Origin: Candidatus Yanofskybacteria bacterium
GTDB lineage: Bacteria > Patescibacteriota > Minisyncoccia > 2-02-FULL-40-12 > GWA2-44-9
Assembly: GCA_903830625.1 (NCBI GenBank)
Contig: CAIKUK010000014.1
Span: 772 to 64,771 of the forward strand
Direction of reading: 5' to 3'
Length of the DNA: 64,000 nucleotides
In this document: positions 37,202 to 44,722 of the stretch, piece by piece
Position numbering within the stretch: the first letter of the stretch is position 1
Layout: each line of letters starts with the position of its first letter
Position numbers and translations under genes: made by a program
Notes under the pieces: model-generated
What the model was told of the DNA's origin: nothing
The model's database searches: none
The model's input: the letters and a program-made list of their open reading frames with translations, nothing else

Positions 37202-38266
37202 ATGACAATCAATACCTCGGTCAATATAAAGAAAACAGTCGCTGATTTGCTTAAAAACATCTCAGCCCGCAATAAGGACATCATTTCCCGTCGTTTTGGC
37301 TTGAAAACGGGCCAGAAAGAGACTTTAGAATCAATCGGCGCTTCTTATAGCATTACCCGCGAACGTGTCCGTCAGATCGAGGAATCGACCCTGTCTCAAC
37401 TCCGCCAGGCTGCAGCCGGCCATTCTGATGTCAAACGTTATATTGTTCTGGCCCGCGATATTTTGAATGAACACGGCGGAGTCATCAAAGAACGCGACCT
37501 CTTCAAATCCTTCAGTGGTCACGATGGCGATAATATCAATAACAGTTCTCTGGTCTTTCTTTTGTCGTTAAGCAACGAAATTGTCCGTTCGCCGGAAAAT
37601 GAAGATTTTAATTCTTTCTGGGCGGTTAGTAATGCCACCTTGGCTTCATTTGCCAACACTGCCAGTTCTTTGATTAAAGTTCTTGAAAAAACTGGCCGAG
37701 TCGTTTCCAATTCCGATTTCGCTTTCTTGGCCCAGAAGCATAGCGTGCCCAGTTTTTCAACCAGCGGTAAACCATTATCGGAAGCGGATATCGCTCTGGT
37801 CATGGCTGTTTCCAAGAATCTCGGTTCCAACATCTTCAACGAAGTCGGTCTGGCTTCATGGTCCGAAATCAAACCTAAAGGTGTCCGCGATAAAGCTTTC
37901 TTGGTGCTTAAGAAATCAACCAAGCCTCAGCATTTCAGCGATATCGCTTCTTTGATTAACGCTTCCGGATTCAACAATAAGAAAGCCAATGTCCAGACGG
38001 TCCATAACGAATTGATCAAAGATGACCGCTTTATCCTGGTCGGCCGAGGCATGTATGCCTTGTCTGAATGGGGCTATCGCGCCGGTACGGTCAAAGACGT
38101 CCTCGTCGACATTCTCAAATCTTCAAACAAGCCGATGGCCAAAGCCACTTTGATGGCCAAAGTCAAAGACGCACGCATGGTCAAAGAAAACACTATTTTG
38201 CTTAATCTCCAGGATTCAAAAACATTCACCAAAAACTCTGACGGCACATACAATCTCAGGAAATAA
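37202..38266 (+). CDS. Sigma-70 region 4-like HTH domain protein with a long C-terminal extension (putative transcription regulator)
   Basis: LESIGASYSITRERVRQIEESTLSQLRQ matches the sigma-70 region 4.2 pattern; no regions 2/3 are recognisable; 354 aa. Confidence 0.55.
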   Translation: MTINTSVNIKKTVADLLKNISARNKDIISRRFGLKTGQKETLESIGASYSITRERVRQIEESTLSQLRQAAAGHSDVKRYIVLARDILNEHGGVIKERDLFKSFSGHDGDNINNSSLVFLLSLSNEIVRSPENEDFNSFWAVSNATLASFANTASSLIKVLEKTGRVVSNSDFAFLAQKHSVPSFSTSGKPLSEADIALVMAVSKNLGSNIFNEVGLASWSEIKPKGVRDKAFLVLKKSTKPQHFSDIASLINASGFNNKKANVQTVHNELIKDDRFILVGRGMYALSEWGYRAGTVKDVLVDILKSSNKPMAKATLMAKVKDARMVKENTILLNLQDSKTFTKNSDGTYNLRK

Positions 38267-38278
38267 TTTCAGAATTAA

Positions 38279-38354
38279 AAGGGCCCCGCCTTTTCGGAGA
38301 AGTTTCTATCCGTGCTTTAGCCGGTTAAGAATCTCTGTGGCGGGGCCCTTTTAA
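38279..38354. repeat. Large-loop hairpin element (family copy B): 10-bp stem gggccccgcc/ggcggggccc with A4/T4 flanks and a conserved 48-nt interior
   Basis: The interior ttttcggagaagtttctatccgtgctttagccggttaagaatctctgt matches the interior motifs of copy A at 22904-23044, while the stems differ but stay complementary. Confidence 0.6.
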
Positions 38355-38387
38355 TGTCATATCAAGAAGTAGTATACTAAGAACATA

Positions 38388-39689
38388 ATGGATTCTATCC
38401 TAAACACCCTGGGTTCTACTTGGACGGCCTTGGGTTTGGTGTTTTCTTACTGGTGGATTTGGGCGCCGCTTATTCTGGTTTTTGTCTATGTGGAAGCTCT
38501 CAAAGAATATAATCAAAAAGTTTACAAGGCCGGATTGAAATGGATAACCTACGAATTAAAAATACCACTTGATGCCCACAAAAGTCTCAAGGCGATGGAA
38601 CAGATTTTTGCCGGCTTGCACGTGGTTGGACAATCAACGCCGCCTAAAAACCTTTGGGAAAAATACAAAAATTGGCGGGATGCGCTTTTCAAAGGCAAGG
38701 TTAAAGATTGGCTCTCATTGGAGATTGTCGGCACGGGCGGAGAGATTCATTTTTACATCAGAATAATAGAGAAGTATAAAAGTTTGGTTGAGGCCCAAAT
38801 TTATGCCCAATATCCCGAATCCGAATTAACTCCGGTCACGGACTACATGTTGAGTTTTCCCGCTTCTTTGTCTTATAGCGACGTAAACGTAAACGCTCTG
38901 GAGCTGGTATTCATCAAAGAAGATATTTATCCTATCAAAACTTATCCCGAATTTGATGAAGAAGGCGCGGGCAAGGATGACGTCAGGCGCATTGATCCAC
39001 TAGCGCCAGTGGCCGAAACATTGAGTGGCCTGGGACTCTCTGAATTTTTCGGTATTCAGATATTGGCCCGTTCAACAGGGGATGCCTGGGTTAAAAAGGA
39101 CCAAGCGGTCATCGATAAACTAATGGGTCGGGAAGAAAAGAAAGGAAAAACAGCCGCTGATTCTGTCTTTGAAGGTATTGAAAGCGGGGCGCATTCAATT
39201 TCTAGCGCTTTTTTCGGTCCAGGCGAGCCAGCCAAAGAAGAAAAGAAAAAAGAAGACAAACCTTTCAATCAATTGAATCCTGGTATTCAGGAAACCATTA
39301 AGACTATAGAAAAGGGCACAGCCAAATTGGCTTTTGAGTCGGGTATCAGAATGGTTTATATTGCTCCACTAGATAAATATGACGACGGCCGGATGCGCAG
39401 TGTCGCCGGCGCTTTCAAGCAATTTTCCACCCAAGCCCTCAATGGTTTTAAGCCGGGACTTTCGACCGACATTACCAAAGGTTTTAATAAATCTGCCCGC
39501 TCGCTAAAAAACAAGAAAAAAATATATAAAAGCTATCGAGGCCGGGACTTCCCCAAGAAGCCTTTGATTTTGAATACCGAAGAGCTGACGACAATTTTCC
39601 ATGTTCCCGATGTCGGCGTGAAGACACCGGCTTTGCCTCGCATTGAAGCCAAGAAAGGCGAAGCGCCGGCCGGAATTCCTACTGTTTAA
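38388..39689 (+). CDS. Hypothetical membrane-anchored protein (N-terminal TM, large extracytoplasmic/cytoplasmic domain), possibly a partner of the downstream T4CP-like ATPase
   Basis: 433 aa with a TALGLVFSYWWIWAPLILVFVYV TM segment; no family recognised; tightly linked to the downstream ATPase. Confidence 0.5.
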   Translation: MDSILNTLGSTWTALGLVFSYWWIWAPLILVFVYVEALKEYNQKVYKAGLKWITYELKIPLDAHKSLKAMEQIFAGLHVVGQSTPPKNLWEKYKNWRDALFKGKVKDWLSLEIVGTGGEIHFYIRIIEKYKSLVEAQIYAQYPESELTPVTDYMLSFPASLSYSDVNVNALELVFIKEDIYPIKTYPEFDEEGAGKDDVRRIDPLAPVAETLSGLGLSEFFGIQILARSTGDAWVKKDQAVIDKLMGREEKKGKTAADSVFEGIESGAHSISSAFFGPGEPAKEEKKKEDKPFNQLNPGIQETIKTIEKGTAKLAFESGIRMVYIAPLDKYDDGRMRSVAGAFKQFSTQALNGFKPGLSTDITKGFNKSARSLKNKKKIYKSYRGRDFPKKPLILNTEELTTIFHVPDVGVKTPALPRIEAKKGEAPAGIPTV

Positions 39690-39699
39690 AAAATTAAGC

Positions 39700-41280
39700 A
39701 TGGCCTTATCTACAGACAACCAGATTCTTATTCTCGGCGAAACAAACTTCCGAAACGAGAAACAGCATTTTGGAATTAAAGCCGATGACCGCCGCCGTCA
39801 CATGTATGTGGTCGGTTCAACTGGTATGGGCAAGTCCGAGTTTTTAAAAAATATGGCCATCCAGGATATTGAAGAAGGCCGGGGTCTGGCCTTTCTGGAT
39901 CCGCACGGCGACGGGGCCCAAGCTTTAATTAACTTTATTCCCAAACATCGCATTAAAGATGTCATCTATTTTGATCCGGCCGACCTGGCTTACCCGATTG
40001 CCTTCAACGTGCTTGAAAAAGTGGATTACGAATATCGCCACTTAATTGCTTCCGGACTTTTGGGCGTGTTTAAAAAACTTTGGGGCGCCGAAGCCTGGTC
40101 CGGCCGGATGGAATACATTTTAAACAACACCATTTTGGCCCTGCTTGAATATCCGGACTCCACGCTTTTGGGTATTAATCGCTTGATGGCTTCCAAAGAA
40201 TACCGCCGAAAAGTCGTTGATAACTTGAAAGACCCGATTGTGAAAGCCTTCTGGACTGATGAATTCGCCAAATATTCCGATAAATTTGCCAGCGAAGCCA
40301 CGGCGGCCATTCAAAACAAAGTCGGCCAGTTTTCATCCAACAATGTCATCCGCAATATTGTCGGTCAGGTGGGTACCAAGCTTGATATCCGCAAAATCAT
40401 GGACGAAGGCAAGATTCTTATTGTCAACCTGTCTAAAGGCGCTATCGGTGAAGATGCTTCGCGGCTCCTCGGCGCTTTATTGATTACCAAAATTCAACTA
40501 GCGGCCATGTCCCGGGTGGATACTCCCGAAACAGAACGCCGCGATTTTTATCTCTATGTTGATGAATTTCAAGCTTTTGCTACCGAATCTTTCGCTAATA
40601 TTTTATCCGAAGCCCGCAAATATCATTTGAACCTGATTGTGGCTCATCAGTACATCACGCAAATGGAAGAAGAAGTTCGTGATGCGGTCTTCGGCAACGC
40701 CGGCACAATCGTGACCTTCCGGGTGGGCGCGGAAGACGCCGAGTTTTTGGAAAAATGGTATGCCCCTGATTTCATGGCGGCCGATATCGTCAACCTCGGC
40801 AAGCGCGAGATGTATCTTAAATTGATGGTTAACGGCATTACCTCTAAAGGTTTTTCGGCGCGAACAAGCGATTCCTTGGCTTCTATGGAAGAATCCCACC
40901 AAGACGAAGTGATTGCTTTTTCGCGCGCGCATTATTCTTCAAACCGCGATGACGTGGAAAAGTCAGTGGCTGAGTGGGCGACACCGATGGAACCGGCCCC
41001 ATTGCCTCCCCGCGACCGCCGTCCTCAAGACAATTATGGCCAGTCTCGCCAGAGGCCTCGTTCGCAAATGTCCCGTCCGCCTTTGCCACCGAGAGAGGAA
41101 ACAAAACGTGTTGTCTCTTTGGATACTCTCAAAGAGAATGATTCTGATGTAAGAACTGTCGATTTTCGGCGTCAGAGAACCAAAGTCCAGCTGGAGAACT
41201 TAGATGAACCCCGCGAACCTAAGAAAAAGATAGATACCGCTGAGTTGAAGAAAATTCTCGAAGAAGCGCTTAAGAAATAG
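39700..41280 (+). CDS. TrwB/VirD4/TraG-type type IV coupling protein-like ATPase lacking the N-terminal transmembrane domain
   Basis: HMYVVGSTGMGKSEFL...LAFLDPHGDG...DVIYFDP...FNVLE parallels TrwB (HLLVNGATGTGKS...VIVDPNGD...IILNP...FNEI). The Walker B FYLYVDEFQAF and RKYHLNLIVAHQYITQM match LFIDELASL and RKAGLRVVAGLQSTSQL; there is a charged, low-complexity C-terminal tail. Confidence 0.7.
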   Translation: MALSTDNQILILGETNFRNEKQHFGIKADDRRRHMYVVGSTGMGKSEFLKNMAIQDIEEGRGLAFLDPHGDGAQALINFIPKHRIKDVIYFDPADLAYPIAFNVLEKVDYEYRHLIASGLLGVFKKLWGAEAWSGRMEYILNNTILALLEYPDSTLLGINRLMASKEYRRKVVDNLKDPIVKAFWTDEFAKYSDKFASEATAAIQNKVGQFSSNNVIRNIVGQVGTKLDIRKIMDEGKILIVNLSKGAIGEDASRLLGALLITKIQLAAMSRVDTPETERRDFYLYVDEFQAFATESFANILSEARKYHLNLIVAHQYITQMEEEVRDAVFGNAGTIVTFRVGAEDAEFLEKWYAPDFMAADIVNLGKREMYLKLMVNGITSKGFSARTSDSLASMEESHQDEVIAFSRAHYSSNRDDVEKSVAEWATPMEPAPLPPRDRRPQDNYGQSRQRPRSQMSRPPLPPREETKRVVSLDTLKENDSDVRTVDFRRQRTKVQLENLDEPREPKKKIDTAELKKILEEALKK

Positions 41281-41282
41281 TC

Positions 41283-41509
41283 GCTCGGCCCAAGCCATTT
41301 GAAAGACCAGCGTCGAATCTTTCCAGCGAAGATTCGCGCCTCTCCCTCGGCCTTTCACCCAGCACCTATCTATGCCAATACTATTTCGCATCAACCGGTC
41401 GCCTAAGGCGACCGGGATAGCTCAATGGCATCTGGCCGGCTATCGCCTTACTGGAATAGCTGAAAGGCCTGCGGGGAGTCTTTCAGATGGCTTGGGTCTC
41501 GCTGTTTTT
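41283..41509 (+). other. Structured intergenic element closed by a long-range roughly 25-bp stem with a T-run; candidate ncRNA or complex terminator
   Basis: 5' gctcggcccaagccatttgaaagac pairs with 3' gtctttcagatggcttgggtctcgc, including + strand G.U wobbles. Internal hairpins include ccggtcgcc taa ggcgaccgg and gatagc...gctatc. It shares tcggcccaag/cttgggtc with the element at 27611-27725. Confidence 0.4.
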
Positions 41510-41515
41510 GCGTAT

Positions 41516-41545
41516 TTGACATTTAGTTATAAGATATGGTATAAT
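41516..41545 (+). promoter_or_regulatory. Consensus sigma70 promoter TTGACA-N18-TATAAT
   Basis: ttgaca at 41516-41521 and tataat at 41540-41545; aaggagg Shine-Dalgarno at 41558-41564; ATG at 41572. Confidence 0.55.
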
Positions 41546-41571
41546 TAAAGTATTCATTAAGGAGGCAGAAC

Positions 41572-41868
41572 ATGGCATGTCTAGTTTGCGGAAAAGAAGT
41601 TCCTGGAGCTTTGTGCGCAGACTGTGAAGCGTTAGCCGAACAAAAGAAACTGGAAGCATACCCGTTTCCGGTGTTCGGCACGCAAGGTGGCGGGCTCGTC
41701 AGAGAAGTGAGCCAAAACCCGTTCGTGTACGGGTTCGTCGAAGCACCGGAAGGATGTCCCAGCTTGCAAGTTGGGGACACGATGCCCTCAGAGTGGGACA
41801 TTGCTCCCGCGAATCAGGCAGCTCGCGATTTGCTCTACGAAGAGCAGTTCGGGGTCAATGCGAACTGA
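41572..41868 (+). CDS. Small GC-rich zinc-ribbon-like protein (two CxxC pairs), hypothetical
   Basis: 98 aa with CLVCGKEVPGALCADCEAL; perfect promoter and Shine-Dalgarno; its own terminator; GC visibly higher than the flanks. Confidence 0.5.
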   Translation: MACLVCGKEVPGALCADCEALAEQKKLEAYPFPVFGTQGGGLVREVSQNPFVYGFVEAPEGCPSLQVGDTMPSEWDIAPANQAARDLLYEEQFGVNAN

Positions 41869-41890
41869 TTGATTCACTCACCGTCCGCCG

Positions 41891-41927
41891 AAGCCGTCCG
41901 TGCTTCCGCGGACGGCTTTTGTTTTTT
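41891..41927 (+). terminator. Rho-independent terminator
   Basis: aagccgtccg tgcttccg cggacggctt followed by ttgtttttt. Confidence 0.6.
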
Positions 41928-41944
41928 ATATAATATGGTAGTTT

Positions 41945-43213
41945 TTGAGGATGGCCAGTAAGTATTACAAAAAATATATCCGGATACCGCCGGAGGAGTC
42001 TATTGATATCAGGCCGATCATGGGTATTATCAACCACCCCAGGTTCCAACGGTTGCGGTATATTTCTCAATTAGGAACGACTTTAGCAGTCTTTCCGGGC
42101 GCTTCACATAATCGGTTTGAGCACGCGCTGGGCGTGTACAGCAAGGCCAAACGATTTTGTGCCAAGATGGCCGAGGAAGGATTTTTAACCAGTCATGAAG
42201 CTAAGAATGTCCCGCTTTTTGGTTTGTTGCATGATATTGGCCACGGTCCGTTCTCGCATATCATTGAAGAGCTGACGCCGTACAATCATGACCAGAACGG
42301 TCTTAATTTAATTGATGAACTTAAAAAAGAAATCAAAAGTTCCGGTGGCGATGTGACACTTATCAAAAAAATGTTTACCCGCCAGAGTCCGCTTTATCGG
42401 ATTATTATGGACAAGAATCTGGGTATGGATAAGCTCGATTACCTGGAGCGTGATGTTTATCACACCGGCTTCGGCCAACAGCCGGACATTGAAAGTGTTT
42501 TTAATTATCTGACCTATTTTAAAAAAGGGATGGTCATTGATAAAAAATCCCTGGAGGCAGCCAAACAAATCCAGCGTTTGTACATTTATATGTACAAAGA
42601 AGTCCATCTGCACAAGTCTTCTCTTATTAGTCAACGCTTCTTGCAGAAGATGGTCAGTATCTGGCTTTCTATCCAGCGTATCGATCCGACCGAACTGTGG
42701 GTCCTTAGCGACCACGAACTGCTGGCTAAAATCTATACCAGCTCGGATGAACGGTTGAAGTTTCTATATAAATCATATGCTCAGCGCATTCTGCCCAGTA
42801 CCGGTTTGGTTTTCCGGCTGAACAACAAACAATCCCGCGAACGGGTGGCAGGCAAGAAAATAAAGGTTATCGGCGAAGATCAAGGATTTTTCGACAAGAT
42901 GACTAAGTATTCTTCACCCAAAGCTTTGGAATTACTTGAATCGAAAATTGCCGAGCTTCTTGAAGTACCGGCTCATACCGTGGTGGTCGTGCCAACATTA
43001 ACTCCTCGGCGCTTTATTCCGGAAGATATTTTGTATCACGACGAGGGTGAAATATTTTCTCTCCGCGCCAGCCAGCCTGAATACTTTGAAAGTTTGAACA
43101 GCGAGGTGGATAGCTATCTGGCTGTACGTGTTTCGATTATTGGCGACCGTCATCTTATCTTTGATAACGCTTCCAAAATCCACGCTCTTATTAAACACCA
43201 CATTTTCGAATAA
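41945..43213 (+). CDS. HD-domain phosphohydrolase, dNTP triphosphohydrolase (Dgt/SAMHD1)-like
   Basis: H..RFEHALGV ... GLLHDIGHGPFSH..E motifs; 422 aa. Confidence 0.7.
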   Translation: MRMASKYYKKYIRIPPEESIDIRPIMGIINHPRFQRLRYISQLGTTLAVFPGASHNRFEHALGVYSKAKRFCAKMAEEGFLTSHEAKNVPLFGLLHDIGHGPFSHIIEELTPYNHDQNGLNLIDELKKEIKSSGGDVTLIKKMFTRQSPLYRIIMDKNLGMDKLDYLERDVYHTGFGQQPDIESVFNYLTYFKKGMVIDKKSLEAAKQIQRLYIYMYKEVHLHKSSLISQRFLQKMVSIWLSIQRIDPTELWVLSDHELLAKIYTSSDERLKFLYKSYAQRILPSTGLVFRLNNKQSRERVAGKKIKVIGEDQGFFDKMTKYSSPKALELLESKIAELLEVPAHTVVVVPTLTPRRFIPEDILYHDEGEIFSLRASQPEYFESLNSEVDSYLAVRVSIIGDRHLIFDNASKIHALIKHHIFE

Positions 43214-43219
43214 AATTGA

Positions 43220-43248
43220 TTGCTAGGCGTCTTTTTTTGTGCTATATT
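43220..43248 (+). promoter_or_regulatory. Promoter for tRNA-Lys (TTGCTA-N17-TATATT)
   Basis: The -10 box ends 9 nt before the mature tRNA 5' end. Confidence 0.45.
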
Positions 43249-43257
43249 ATTAACATT

Positions 43258-43330
43258 GCGCCCGTAGCTCAATTGGTAGAGCAATTCCCTTTTAAGGAAG
43301 AGGTTCTGCGTTCGAGTCGCAGCGGGCGCA
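43258..43330 (+). tRNA. tRNA-Lys (anticodon UUU)
   Basis: Manual cloverleaf: 7-bp acceptor stem GCGCCCG/CGGGCGC, D arm GCTC-AATTGGTA-GAGC, anticodon loop CTTTTAA (U33, UUU, A37), T arm CTGCG-TTCGAGT-CGCAG, discriminator A. CCA is not encoded, and there is one A.G mismatch at 27-43. Confidence 0.85.
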
Positions 43331-43345
43331 CTTTATTTTATTTTC

Positions 43346-43993
43346 ATGAAAAAACTTCTTGTATTTGCTTCGGGTACAAAAGATGGCGGAGGTTCCGGTT
43401 TCCAAAAACTAGTTGAAAGTTCTCGAAATGGCATTCTTGATGCCGAGATTGTGGCGGTGGTTTCAAATCACGAAAACGGGGGAGTTCGTCAAAAAGCGGA
43501 AACACTGGGTGTTCCTTTTGTTTATTTTCCTTTGCCCCGCGAAGCCGAAGATTATCAGAAAATCGTGGCTGACACGCAGGCCGATTTTGTGGCTTTATCC
43601 GGCTGGCTAAAACTGGTCAAAGGTCTTGATCCAGCGAAAACTATCAATATTCATCCCGGACCTTTGCCTCGTTTTGGCGGGCCGGGTATGTATAGCCATT
43701 ATGTCCATGAAGCGGTCATAAAAGCATTCAATGCCGGTGAGATTAAACATTCAGCCGTCACCATGCATTTCGTGACCGAAGAGTATGATAAGGGTCCGAT
43801 TATTTTTCGCCAGCCTGTCGAGATATTAGCTGGTGATACGCCGGAGACGCTGGCCGAAAGAGTTAATAAAGTGGAGCATGAATGGCAACCTCGCATTACT
43901 GACCTGGTGATTAAGGGAGAAATAAGCTGGGATGGCAAAGACCCCGCGACTCTTAAAATTCCGTCCACAGTGCCGATACTTGATATTCTTTGA
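43346..43993 (+). CDS. Formyltransferase, phosphoribosylglycinamide formyltransferase (PurN)-like
   Basis: MKKLLVFASGTKDGGGSGFQ ... INIHPGPLPRFGG pattern of the PurN/formyl transferase fold. Confidence 0.75.
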   Translation: MKKLLVFASGTKDGGGSGFQKLVESSRNGILDAEIVAVVSNHENGGVRQKAETLGVPFVYFPLPREAEDYQKIVADTQADFVALSGWLKLVKGLDPAKTINIHPGPLPRFGGPGMYSHYVHEAVIKAFNAGEIKHSAVTMHFVTEEYDKGPIIFRQPVEILAGDTPETLAERVNKVEHEWQPRITDLVIKGEISWDGKDPATLKIPSTVPILDIL

Positions 43994-44090
43994 AGGTAAT
44001 GAAACTCCACAAGAAAGCTGGTCACAAAAAAGGCCAATAAAGCTATAAAACAAGAGCAAATTCACTAGCCCTTGTTTTATTTTTTATATT

Positions 44091-44099
44091 ATGGTATAA
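44091..44099 (+). promoter_or_regulatory. Extended -10 promoter element TGgTATAAT
   Basis: tggtataat lies about 40 nt upstream of the GC-rich ORF at 44150. Confidence 0.4.
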
Positions 44100-44149
44100 T
44101 ACAGGTACATAAGCTTTAAGTCAGTTCTTCACAAAAAGGATGGTGGCAG

Positions 44150-44650
44150 ATGCCAAAAGGCATGATCGTTTACTCTTTCGCCTGGCGAAAGAAGGGACAC
44201 AGCCCGTGCAATGTTCGGCTGGGGCGGGCGGCCAAACGAATCATCAAGAAGCAGGGCAAGGACGTGGAGATCGTAGTCTTCGCCCAGCGCACGACGGCCG
44301 CAGTTCTCAAGGAACTCGGCGTTGAGTGTCATGTGACCATGAAGAAACCGGGCTACGAAGGTTCGGAAGAACCCACCCGACAGGCGACAGAACTGTTCCG
44401 GGCCCGTGGTATCACAGAAGTGATTCCCGTGGCCAATCCGTTCCTGCACTTGTTCAAGTGCATCCAGCTGGTTCAGAAAGAGGGTTTCAAGACCTTGTCC
44501 TTCTGGGAGCTGGCCGAAATGATCGGCTGGATCGGCTTTGACAAAAAGTCGGAGCAGCCGGGGACTCGCGGGCCTCTCATGTTGGTCTACTACACTGCCC
44601 AGCAAATCCTGTTTGGATACAGGCCGCCTGTAGAACAGTCAGAGCCATGA
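44150..44650 (+). CDS. Hypothetical GC-rich protein (166 aa)
   Basis: Intact ORF with an AGGA-type Shine-Dalgarno, an extended -10 promoter and a hairpin terminator at 44664-44696. Two alternative-frame ORFs in the same GC-rich stretch are judged spurious. Confidence 0.5.
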   Translation: MPKGMIVYSFAWRKKGHSPCNVRLGRAAKRIIKKQGKDVEIVVFAQRTTAAVLKELGVECHVTMKKPGYEGSEEPTRQATELFRARGITEVIPVANPFLHLFKCIQLVQKEGFKTLSFWELAEMIGWIGFDKKSEQPGTRGPLMLVYYTAQQILFGYRPPVEQSEP

Positions 44651-44722
44651 AAGGACATGGGTCGGGGCCGGTGCGTGACGCATCGGCCTTTTTTATTTAT
44701 TAAAATCTGCTAAGATACGTAT

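Noticed and set aside
44140-44541. Alternative-frame ORFs 44140-44325 and 44326-44541 inside the GC-rich hypothetical gene.
   Set aside because: The 166-aa frame (44150-44650) is continuous, has the better Shine-Dalgarno spacing and ends at the terminator; the others have Arg/Gly/Pro-rich, frame-shadow-like compositions.
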